Source: Squalus acanthias
Lineage: Eukaryota
Assembly (NCBI GenBank): GCA_030390025.1
Contig: CM059439.1
Location: 45,570,001 to 45,634,000 of the forward strand
Reading direction: 5' to 3'
Length of the DNA stretch: 64,000 nt
The position numbers and the translations under genes were made by a program. Every line of letters begins with the position of its first letter. The stretch's first letter is position 1. Below are positions 53,131 through 64,000 of the stretch, piece after piece. Below the pieces are notes generated by a model that saw nothing but the letters and a program-made list of their open reading frames with translations, did no database searches and had not been told where the DNA came from.

Positions 53131-53267
53131 ACCAGCCTTTTGCAATGTTGCAAATGGTGGTCTAAGTTAAGGCTACTTTGAGCGCTATTTATGCCAGTTT
53201 GCAAATTCTAACAATGATTTAACATGACGGCGATCTTGTCATATCAGCGGATTAAAAACATCAATGG
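53131..53267 (-). other. Candidate non-coding exon (137 nt)
   Basis: cttaag..tgtttcttctgcag|CCATTGATG...GGCTGGT|gtaagt. Strong acceptor and donor; stop codons in all frames. Confidence 0.5.
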
Positions 53268-54113
53268 CTGCAGAAGAAACACAGTACAGCTTAAGTTTTT
53301 GTTTTAACATCATTCAGGATATGTCAGTAAAAATGAGTGTTTCACTAGTACTGTACTGTACTGCAAAACATACAAGTCCTCTTTGTTTCGCATTATATGC
53401 AGCATTATGCTGAATACACACTAGACACAGGTGGAGTGAGTATTTCTTTATAAGTAAAGACATCCCCTATGTAAATATATTTAATTATACCATGAACCCA
53501 GATAGAAAGATCACTGCATATGACTGAAAAAGACAGAAACTGTTAGTCACACCCAAGAGAGTGCTAAAGCTTCCCATCCATATATAAACTGTGAATGAAA
53601 AGTTGGCATGGTATGGTGGGGTGGGGGGGGCGTACATTTTACTTCAAAAACTAGAAAATATACATGTGAATATCAACAAAGTATACAATATATACTCAGA
53701 GTAGTTATCATCAGTGCAACTCAAGTGTAAAATTAAAAGATAATAATTTTAAAAGTTACAGGTGCCTGTTATGCGCAAATATTCGGTTCACTACTAAACA
53801 ATATGTGCCATATTAAAATAATATTGTATCAATGCAAGTTTTACACATAATTTATTAAGTTAGTAACTTTGTTCTATTTACAATATACTGACAGCTAAGT
53901 TTTGGGAGGACCAGGCAATGGAAGGATCCTCCACAGGCTGGTGCTCTGAAATAGGCCATTTCAGCTACACGAGAAATGGTAAAAGGTCCCAGAATAGGAA
54001 AATCTTTAGATGATCCGACAGAGCACTGAGTGGCAATGTCCTGCAGAAAAGTGAAGGAGAGTTTCCGATTTTGCCAGTGAAAAGCTGATGTGCTCTGCCA
54101 AATGTGCCCAGCC

Positions 54114-54527
54114 CTGGGTACGGTAGCATAGTGGTTATGTTACTGGACTAGTAATCCAGAAGCCTGGACTTGTGATCCTGAGTTCAAATCACAGCTGGAG
54201 AATTTAAATTCAGTTAATTAAATAAATCTGGAATAAAAAGCTAGTATCAGTAACGGTGACCATGAAACTACCGGATTGTCGTAAAAGCTCATCTGGTTCA
54301 CTAATGTCCTTTAGGGAAGGAAATCTGTCGTCCTTACCCGGTCTGGCCTATATGTGACTCCAGACCCACAACAATGTGGTTGACTCTTAACTGCCCTCTG
54401 AAATGACCCAGCAAGTCACTCAGTTGTAAAAGGCAGCTCACCACCACCTTCTCAAGGGCAATTAGGGATGGGTAATAAATGCTGGCCTTGCCAGCAACGC
54501 CCAAATCCCATGAATGAATTAAAAAAA
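54114..54527 (+). mobile_element. tRNA-derived SINE, an internally deleted derivative of the 27390-30330 LINE
   Basis: A box TAGCATAGTGG at 54124-54134, B box GTTCAAATC at 54182-54190. 54114-54428 matches 27390-27710 and 54430-54527 matches 30230-30330. Confidence 0.93.
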
Positions 54528-55994
54528 GGTTGCATAATACTATACAATGTGACCACATCAGTATGCACACCAACATGGAGATTGCTAATGGGTTGATTCA
54601 GCAGATGCATACCTTCCTTTAGCAGACTTCGCTAATGGTGGTGATGTGGAAGGGCCGACATATGTTTGTGCGGCTGACATTTGCCCTAGAATATTGATGC
54701 AGACCCTCTGGTTTGTATGCTGCGGCCCAGAGAAGGCCCTGTGGTGGATCCAGCAACAAGTGGCGTCTTCCCACCACTCAATAAGCAGAGTGTGGACTGT
54801 GTTCCCTTGGGTGGCACAGCTTCTGTGGTAGCAGCTGGTTCCTCCTGACCAAAGGACTTAAATGTCCCACTGTTATCTGCTTACTGTCCTCTTCAAATGG
54901 TTATAGCCTTAGGGTTTACTGCAGAAAAGCCGGAAGAAGATGATTCCTCTGTAGAGGCATGAAGAACAAAGTTCCACTAATGGCTATGCAGTAAAAATGC
55001 ACCTGAAATGCAGGACTGCTGCAGAGGCCAGTGAGGCACAGAACAAATTATACAATTAAAATGCAGCTGAGGAATATGGCATAGGACTTTACTTACATGA
55101 ATAAAATGTGTTTACAACAACAACTTGCATTTATATAGCACCTTGAACGTAGTAAAACGTCCCAAGGTGCTTCACAGGAACGTTAAAGTTCGACACCTAG
55201 CCACATAAGGAGATATTAGGGCAGATGAGAGATAGGTATTAAGGAGCGTCCTAAAGGAGAATAGAGAGGTAGAGAGTCTGAGAGGTTTAGGGAAGGAATT
55301 CCAGAGCTTAGGGACTTGGCAGCTGAATGCATGCCCACCAATGGTGGAGCAATTAAAATCGGGGATGCACAAGAGTCTAGAATTGGAGAAGCGCAGATGT
55401 CTCTGAGGGTTGTAGGGCTGGAGAAGGTTACAAAGATAGGGAGGGACGAGGCCATGGGGGGATTTGAAAACAAGGATGAGAATTTTAAAATTGAGGCGTA
55501 GCTTAACCGGGAGCCAGTGTAGGTCTGTGAGCACAGGGATGATGGGTGAATGGGACTTGGTGCAAGTTAGGACACGGTCAGCCGAGTTTTAGATGAGCTT
55601 AAGTTTATGGAAGGTGGAAGATGGAAGGCCGGCCAGGATTGCGTTGGAATAGTCAAGTCTAGAGGTAACAAAGGCATGGATGAGGGTTTCAGCAGCAGAT
55701 GAGCTGAGGCAGGGGCGGAGTCGGGCGATGTTAGAGGTGGAAGTAGGCGGTCTTAGTGATGATGCGGATATGTCGTCGGTAGCTCATCTCAGGATCAAAT
55801 ACGATACGAAGGTGGCAAACAGTCTGGTTCAGCCTCAGACCATTGCCAGGGAGAGGGATGGAGTCGGTGGCTAGGGAATGGAGTTTGTGGCAGGGACCAA
55901 AGACAATGGCTTTGGTCTTCCCAATATTTAGTTGGAGAATATTTCTGCTCATCCAGTACTGGATGCCAGACAAGCAGTCTGACAATTTAGAGAC

Positions 55995-56163
55995 CAACAG
56001 CTTTATTTGAAATCACAAGCTTTCGGAGCACTGCTCCTTCGTCAGGTGAAGGAGCAGCGCTCCGAAAGCTTGTGATTTCAAATAAAGCTGTTGGACTATA
56101 ACCTGGTGTTGTGCGACTTCTCACTTTTGTCCACCCCAGTCCAACACTGGCATCTCCACATCA
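55995..56163. mobile_element. Penelope-like (PLE) truncated insertion with inverted pLTR, nested in L2
   Basis: 15-bp TSD TGACAATTTAGAGAC (55980-55994 and 56164-56178); 47-bp inverted arms 55994-56040 and 56048-56094 with one mismatch. Confidence 0.8.
56013..56049 (-). ncRNA. Minimal type I hammerhead ribozyme motif
   Basis: UCAC-CUGACGA-A-GGAGC-AGU-GCUCC-GAAA-GC-UU-GUGA: conserved core CUGANGA/GAAA, 5-bp stem II, palindromic minimal stem III, 4-bp stem I. Confidence 0.7.
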
Positions 56164-57670
56164 TGACAATTTAGAGACAGTGGAGGGGTCGAGAGAGGTA
56201 GTGGTACTACTAGAATGCTAATTAAGGCAAACATTATAAACAGTGTTTCCAAACTACCTTTACTGTACGAGGGAAACTGCTTTTAAAAAATATATATATT
56301 TCACACTTACCAGACTGCCGAGATTCTGGGGAAGTGTTACCTCCCTCGTACAGTAGATGGAATTGCTTGGTGATCAAGTACTTAGATCAAGTAGGTGTTT
56401 TTTCAAATACCTCGGGGCTTCTTTGGTGCTTTGTTTAATCTGTTCTACTTTCTCCTCCTTTGCCAAACATTTGGTATTGTTGCTCAGTTTTAATAAATGT
56501 TTTTTAGTGATGTTGGTTGAAGGATAAATGTTGGCTAGAACACTGGGAAAACTCCCCTGTTCTTCTCATTTTTGCTCATTGAAAGGGTCGATTAAAATAA
56601 CTTCAACTAACCTCTGGTTATCTGTCTCAGTTCACCACTGGTAGTATGTATTTAAATCTTAGCATTCCCCATCTAGTTTTCAAGTAAACCCACTTACTGT
56701 CGCATTACTCTCTATAGTGTCTCAACACTTGCAAGTAAGTATATCAGTCCTGAAGTGAACTGCCCATTGATACTCCTGTACAAGTGTCTCTGCAATCACC
56801 TGGATCAAATTCATGAGGTATAAGGCCCTGTTACATTTTCTTCAAGCTGCCCCGTGTCATTATGCTGTCTAATATGCATAGAGAGAGAAAAAAAACAGGA
56901 GGTGCAAGTCACTAGCTCAGGAAGGAAGCCATACACACTGTTACTTATGACTAAATTAATTCAACCCATATTCGGTGTCTGATTTACTGCAGTTGCCCAG
57001 TTTTTCATTAACCCCCATCCCATTATCTTAGCAAAGTTATTCCGTTCTGTCTGTGTATGTCTCTTGCACCAACAAAGGCAAACAACCCATTTCCAGACCT
57101 CTATCGCGCTAGTCAGAATTTAGCACAAGGGGAAGAGGGGTCACAGCCGAATCATTCTTCTATTCCATTCTTCTCTCCATCTAGGGAAGCACCTCACGTG
57201 TCCCCAGATATCTTTGGCTAAGATCAGGAACTCGCCATGTGAGAAAATCTTAGATATGATGCAGAATATTAGAGCATGAATGTGCTGCACGGCTTGGAGC
57301 ACTCCTAACTTGAATGAAAAAATCCAAACCAGTATACACAGTGTAGCTTGGAAAGAGTTAATGCTAATAATGGACTCAAGTCTCAATCATGTAGCCTATT
57401 GCAAATCTGTAAAGCGATCCTTAATTTTGAAGTCTTTTGGAGTACATGAAACACAATGTACCAATGCTCTCTTCCCAACTGCCAGCAGCTGCGGGCATTG
57501 CATTGCATTGTGGGATGCCAAGGCAGCTTTTCAAGTCCAAGTCTCAGAGTGCTGTGCAGTACAGAGCAAGTAGAGGCTCTTTTACATTTCTTCTGTTGAT
57601 TGAGTTTTACAGTGTATTGATTGTTCTGACTGCAACCATCAAGCTGCATATGCAGCACTATCTGCCCGGC

Positions 57671-57881
57671 TCTAAATCAAAGGACAAGGCATTTAGCAGC
57701 TCCATCTGCCCGAGTGCTGCTTTTTTAACACGTACAATACTGAATAAATCAGGATTGGGGCTGCATCATGATCCTGTTTTAGTTCACTGGTAGAAGTTAA
57801 AAAGCAGCCCGCAGTCAATGTTGCTGCTGTCTAAACAGATGGAGCTGCTAAATGCCTTATTGTTTGATTCTTTGATTTAGA
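57671..57881. repeat. Extended imperfect inverted repeat (~210 nt)
   Basis: Perfect 23-bp arms at 57686-57708 and 57836-57858, plus outer 12-bp and inner stems. Confidence 0.9.
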
Positions 57882-60800
57882 CTTAGGTAGGGCATTTAAT
57901 CAGTTTCCTGATGTTGGCAGTTCTAGATAGCTCCCTTTTATTTGAACACAGAAACTACTTTGATAAAAATCAGATAACTTAGGGGAAAAATATAAGACCC
58001 TATTGGGCTTCTACGGCATGTGCTCTGAACCCTAAATATTTTTAATTTTTTTTGTTTAGTTTGCTAAATGCTCAATATGATTGTTCCTTACTTACCAGGC
58101 CTTGGATTGAACTGCATCAAGAGGATAGCAGGTAAAATTTTATTATACTCTATTCTGGTACAGAATATTCAGTTATATCTTAAAATGGCAATGCTCTCGC
58201 TTAAACAGGATGAAATCAAGTAAGTGGACAATTTATATTCAAATTCAAAAACCACTAATGGAAAATGTATTATCAGTATAACTACTGCAGCAAACCTGTA
58301 CCTAGTGACTGCTGGAATTGTGCTCTCATTTGAAAGTACATTTGCCAATTGAAGGTAAGCTTTCTCATTTAAAACCGTATGTATTGTATTTAGCAATTTC
58401 AAAGATTCAAGGTACTGGCAGTAGCAGTAGTTTACCTTACAAGTACAAAAGACCCATAATTCATGAGCATCAGAGGCATGAGTGAGTTAACAGGGATTCT
58501 CACAAGTGAAACATAACCCACAATTGCTGCCACATAAACAAGATGATCGCCCCTCCTTCCCCGCACACTCCCCCCCCAACCCCCCACTCCGCCCCTCACA
58601 TAGGTAGCAGTGTCCCTGAGACCCACAGAAGAATGCAGAACAAGGACCGGCACTTCCATTGCTGCTGATGCTCCTTGTGACTTCACTGGGTGCTGCGTAT
58701 AATAGTTGATATTTTAACCGAAATGTTAGGGTGTCGGGGGAGGTGGGAAGAAACAAATATCAAAACATCTAAAAATAAAAGCAACCTATACATTTTTTGA
58801 ATGCACTCTACAGCATAGCCAAGATCCAGTACAGGAATTTAATCAATTCAGCATTCATCAAAATAACTTAAAGATTTTCACACTTTTTTAATAAAGCAAA
58901 ACAAAATTAAAGTTTATTAAAAATAATACTGCTTCTATCTGGCGCTAATGATTTTTTTGTGGGGGTGGGGGTAAAATAATGATAGAATAATTATCGTGTA
59001 TTCCATAAACCTGTAACACATCACCATCCTATAATGCAAGATTCTGGTCAGAACTGCTACAAGTCAAGAAGTTCCCATAGCAATACAAACAGTCACATTG
59101 TTTGACACACCATACAGTAAACTTCAATTAACTCTCCCTCCCCCCCCCCCCCCACCACCCCATCTTATCCAAAGAGGTAATTAGACGAACACAGCAGATT
59201 CTGGCTAGTTCTCAGCCTATGCAAAACTACAGATGAACTGTCTGACTACAATTCAAATGCAGTCCTCATCAAGTTCAAATACAATCAAAGTCTGCACAAT
59301 AAAGGCAGTGCAGTGGCTCGCGTTCTCCTGGCAGGGGCTTAAGACAATGAGCGTCTTGTTAGAAGGCATCTGAATACAAAGAGTCTATTCTCAGCTGTTA
59401 GCTGAAGCTGCTGTTAAGAAATGGGGGAAAAAAATCCCAACCCATTAAGGTCTGACTAGCTTCAGCCTTTATGAATGCCTCCCCTGAAAAAGTTTAATAG
59501 AAATATAACCCGTGATATACCAGAATTAGAAATCTGAAGTTCGTCCAGGAAGTAAAAATGTCCATTCCTGCTGAATCCAAATCCCACTTTTCATTAAAAA
59601 AAAATCAGAGAATTGCAAATTAAATCAGATTCAGTAACTCACTCTAACTTAACTTTTAACTAGATTTTGTTTCAGATCTGCTTTTAAAGTTTAGCAAGTT
59701 GAAACGTTCAGCAAGTTTGGAGAATGCAATTACCAAACACCAATACAAAATATTATAAATGAGTTTACTTTATAGGTGTCGGTGACACATTCACAGCTAC
59801 ATTCATGTAGATGTAAATGACTGCAATTAATTAGTTATCCTTTAACCACCTGCATTATGTGACATGTTCCAAAGTGCATCCTTACAACAAAACACTAAAT
59901 TTGTGGGAATATATGGTACAAGTCATTTGGCGAACGTCGCTTATGACATTGCGATGAAGGAACACCCATAAAACAATATCACTGGATCAATAGCTGATAT
60001 AAATATATATATTCCTTTACTCACTATCACATGAGGTTTTTAAAAGAATAAAAGTATCTACATCAACCCAATGCATATTACAAGCATAGACTCTGTGCAA
60101 AGATATGAGTTCAGTAAAACTAAGCATCCATTTTCCATTTGATCAGAAAGCAGAACCCTACAAAATTCTGGAAGGAGATGCTGGCTGTGCAAATGAATTC
60201 TTTTTCATATTCAGACCATCCCAGAATATTCCAGCACTAGGTAACATTAGGTTAGGATGGGCTGAATTTAAATACATCAGGAAACCATGCAGTTGAAATA
60301 TCCCAAATCACATTGAAGCAAACTTTGAATACATTTTGTAGATCTTCAAAGCTGACTCTCAGATTCAGGTACCTTCTTGTTCTGATACTTCAAGTGCAAT
60401 TTGTGCTTTTGGAGTCAACACTGGTGATTCAAGCAATCGGGCAACTGCACTTACTGAATTGGTCAGTGCGTCTCAGCTAATAAAAAAATCCATCTGAATG
60501 TGGCAACATATCCAATTCAGACCTCTAGCAGAACTGCTGAGCTAAGCCCTGGAAACAACAGTGAAGGGGTTAATTGGGTGTTAATGCCGACAGTCCCCTT
60601 TCATCTAGTTTTGACAATTGGTGTACAGTATGTAGAATATTCCACTTACAAAAATTTAACTATGAATACAGTACAACTGTTGAGTTTGCAAGTGATATCG
60701 GCATTTATAACTCATATACATACACACTATATGTACATAATCAACAAGGACTGAGATAACTACAGAGCAGCTGCGTACTCCTAACAATTCACTTTTAACT

Positions 60801-63800
60801 CTGTATATTTACAGTAATTCACCAAGGAAAGAAGATTTATTTCCTAGGCCTGGATCTGCAGCTGCTGGTATCATCTCCTGGTCCATATTGGCACAAAGTG
60901 ACTGTTCAAGATCTTGCCAAACACTTTATTATAGTTTACTACAATGACAAACTATGACTGTTTTATTTGAATTCTTAATTATTACAAAAAAATGAAGTTA
61001 ATTTCATGAACTACCTGTAACAGCAAGTCAGCCCATGAAATAGATTCCTTTCTTTAACTTCTCCTCTCCAACCTTTTCTTTTAAAATATCAGATGTGAGA
61101 AAAAGGATTACTTTCTGCATGATAGAATAATCAAAAAAAAGTCCCCCCTCAACTGGTCTCTATTTTCTATATCCCCTTCCTGACCCAAACATAATGTTAA
61201 TGCTTGGACAAGAGCAGTTACCATAGAAACAATCCAAAGCTGTTCCAGAGGGTCGTCTTGTGGGTAGATTTGAAGTCATTCAATCGATGCCAATCAATGG
61301 GAACATTCTTTCCGGTGCCAAGTAATTCCAACTGTATTTAAATCAGTACTGTACACATGGGTTCACTTAACCTTTAACTGGCTGGCGATTTATTTCAATA
61401 CACAGTACAAATCTTTATGCAGCACACTGGGGGTTAATGAAAACAACCTGCTAAATGGGGCATCATTCCCAACAAGTCCCAAAAAATATACTTTCGTAGA
61501 CGGTCAGCACTTTTCCTCTTTGGACCCAAGCAATCGGAATTTCTCCAGCAGGCTGAAGTTTAGAAACATTTGTTGATATTTCAATATAAACTGAGTCATT
61601 GCCGTGCTAAATAATAGCCTGTCTGTTGGTTACCTTTACAAATGGTTCCACAAGTCTGATCAAACACTAGCCTTCACCTGATTGCCAGGTGAGGAGTCAA
61701 TAAGAATTCACCAAAGGCAAGGGACAAAAACCGGCTGTATGTGCAGGCTTCAAGGCTGTAATTTTACCAGGGAAACAATCACCATCTTATGTTCAACATT
61801 AGTTGAGTGACATTGTGATCAATTTTTAATCTAAATCATGGTAAAGTGCTGTTTCGATTCAACTAAAATTTGTGACACTTGAGCGTAAGCTTCTATTCAT
61901 TTATGGGGCTTTCCCCAATTGCGTTGTACTCAATATCAATATAATTTATTAAAGAAGATATTTTTTTATATCAATATTGTGGAGATAAAGTGCCATTTCA
62001 TTGAGTCACACATTAACTAACTTGCAAATGCACAGAAAGTTTAAATCTTGCTAAAAGGTTAATTTGTGCTAAATATTTGACAAATTGACAAATTTTAAGC
62101 TGCCATGATGAGGCATAGAAATGAAAATGACAGCATTTAATCAGTTATTGCTCACAACTGCATAGCCAGGACATGTGCCTTGTCTCATCAAGAATTTTTC
62201 TCCCCCTTGCCCCAAAACTGCCGACAACGCCTAAAGTAACAGGTTTGGTGGCAGTTTTGCAGCACACACCACATTTTTCTAATAATGTTAAATTGTGATG
62301 AATTATAGATATTATAGCAGCCAACAGTTCCTTTCAGGTCTGCTGTGTAATATCAATCAGAATTTTTTTGAACAGCATTTATGGTACTGGTTTTAGTCAG
62401 TGGATTTTTTTTTCCATTTAAATGTGTTGGGGGAAGGGGGAAAGGGGTGATTAGCCACTCCCAGGAACATTGCCCTCTGTAACTTAAGATTGAGAGAACA
62501 GTGAAAGAATAAACCGGTATTGACAAGAAAGAAAACATCTATTCATTTCATCTCAGATACAGAACAACATGGTACATGGGGTTCAACAATAGTAAAATGT
62601 ACAGACTCAAAGCATTTGTTTCAAATCACCATAGGCAACACTGAAGTTTACTGAGGCGCTAACAAAAATGAAAGTTAGTTGGTCAGGAAAATCCAAGTGG
62701 TTACCCTGGCCAACTGTATTCTTAGCAATCACTAGGTGGTCAAACCACACTGCTGTGTTTATAATGTTGACTCATACCCACTCGGGGCCTTTTCTCAAGT
62801 AACCAGCTAATCTGCTGTGTACAGTTATACATACCACAGCTCCCCACTCAATTTCCTTCTGAAGCTAGTGAGCACCATTTCACCTTTGGAGGGCACAGAA
62901 ATTTTTGATTCATATTTTTAAAATATGATAGACTTATTTTAAAATATGTATATGATTTCAGCACTGCCAAGTCTCTTATTTCTCATAGGAGTCTCCCACA
63001 TTTTTTCTTAGATGATCTAATAGGAACCAATGACTATATCTCCATTTCCCCTCCTTCATTAATCTCCTGCATGAAAATCCTCGAAGCATGGCAGCTCTGC
63101 GACCTGTACTTTTATTATTTTCTGTAATGTTCTATATTTTAAATACTGATACAGAGCTAAGCACCATGCTGTTTAAGAAATAAGGTTCATGTGCTACAGG
63201 TGAAGGGAACAGAGGGTTTATGGGTCATTAAAATAATTAAATGTTCACTTTGCAACATTTAATCCCCAGCAAAATTAAACTTTAAAAAGGCGGATTCTGA
63301 ACAAAAACACATTAATTTCACTGAGAATGGAAATGGACAGAATAACAGCAAATAATCCAGTTGTTAAAACCACTAGTTCAAGGAACTGTTGAAGTTGAAC
63401 TGCTGAAACTAATGGACATTCCAGTGGAAGTGATCTGCCCTGTCTGACAGTGCTCCTGCTTAGGTCCCAGTACCTCTTGGAGGTGCATGTCAAATTCTAA
63501 CACAAGCTCTTGTGTAATGGCTCCTTCAATTGTAATTGGAAAAAGGCAAATTAATTACAGCTTTAATTATCTAATTTACGTATTTCTTTCTACAGCACAA
63601 CAATTTTAAAAGGACAGTGGTATTTTTATAATGGGATGCAGAGTACATAGTTGTTGACGTAACAAATATTTTTTCTTTCTTTAAAGATACTTCCATATAG
63701 AAGTACAGAACCCCCTTTGAAGCATAATTTTTCTTGCCTGGACTTAATGAATTTATTATTTATGAAATAAACAGATATTAATTTTAGCAGTATTACTGGA

Positions 63801-64000
63801 TTACTAAACCAATTGTTACAGTGAATTTCTTTCCATTAAACAAGAACAAGTGAGCTCTTGGAATACAAAATTGACAATGTCTCCCAACTTGCATCCACTC
63901 ACTTTATGTTAAAGAAAACATTGCTATTTTTTTTTTAAGTTTAGTCTAGCCCTGATTTAGGCTGAGATTACACTACAGGGAGCAAAAAAGGAGATAATAT

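Larger units (their letters stand above)
55113..56206 (-). mobile_element. 5'-truncated L2 LINE (RT C-terminal part and 3' tail)
   Basis: WMSRNILQLNIGKTKAIVFG and LHWLPVKLRLNFKILILVFK..PPYL; tail GCTATATAAATGCAAG(TTG)n. Confidence 0.9.

Noticed and set aside
58613-58624. TCCCTGAGACCC, identical to nt 1-12 of miR-125
   Set aside because: The match stops at 12 nt and there is no precursor hairpin. A 12-mer hit to some miRNA family is plausible by chance in 64 kb.
1-64000. CRISPR arrays, prokaryotic operons, rRNA
   Set aside because: The DNA is vertebrate; I saw no repeat-spacer arrays, operon-like ORF density or rRNA motifs.

Overview
This is eukaryotic, AT-rich, repeat-rich vertebrate genomic DNA. 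The repeat repertoire (Deu-domain/SacSINE1-like SINEs, CR1 and L2 LINEs, Harbinger MITEs, Penelope-type hairpins) points to a cartilaginous fish such as a shark; that assignment is an inference. I found no intact, recognisable host protein-coding gene. Every ORF with a recognisable domain comes from a transposon: APE/RT of two CR1-group LINE families, a CR1 ORF1 zinc-finger/esterase, an L2 C-terminus and Harbinger Myb/SANT proteins. Several well-formed minus-strand exon candidates and an ~11 kb TE-free block suggest the window lies inside a large minus-strand transcription unit (lncRNA, UTR exons or a giant intron). The most notable item is an ORF1-less LINE at 27390-30330. It starts with a tRNA-derived A/B-box head and has no T4 Pol III terminator on its sense strand by eye, and a SINE at 54114-54527 is its internally deleted derivative. 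This is a candidate Pol III-driven LINE/SINE system. Second is a TSD-flanked Penelope-type inverted insertion carrying a minimal hammerhead ribozyme motif (55995-56163). All calls were made by eye, without database searches.
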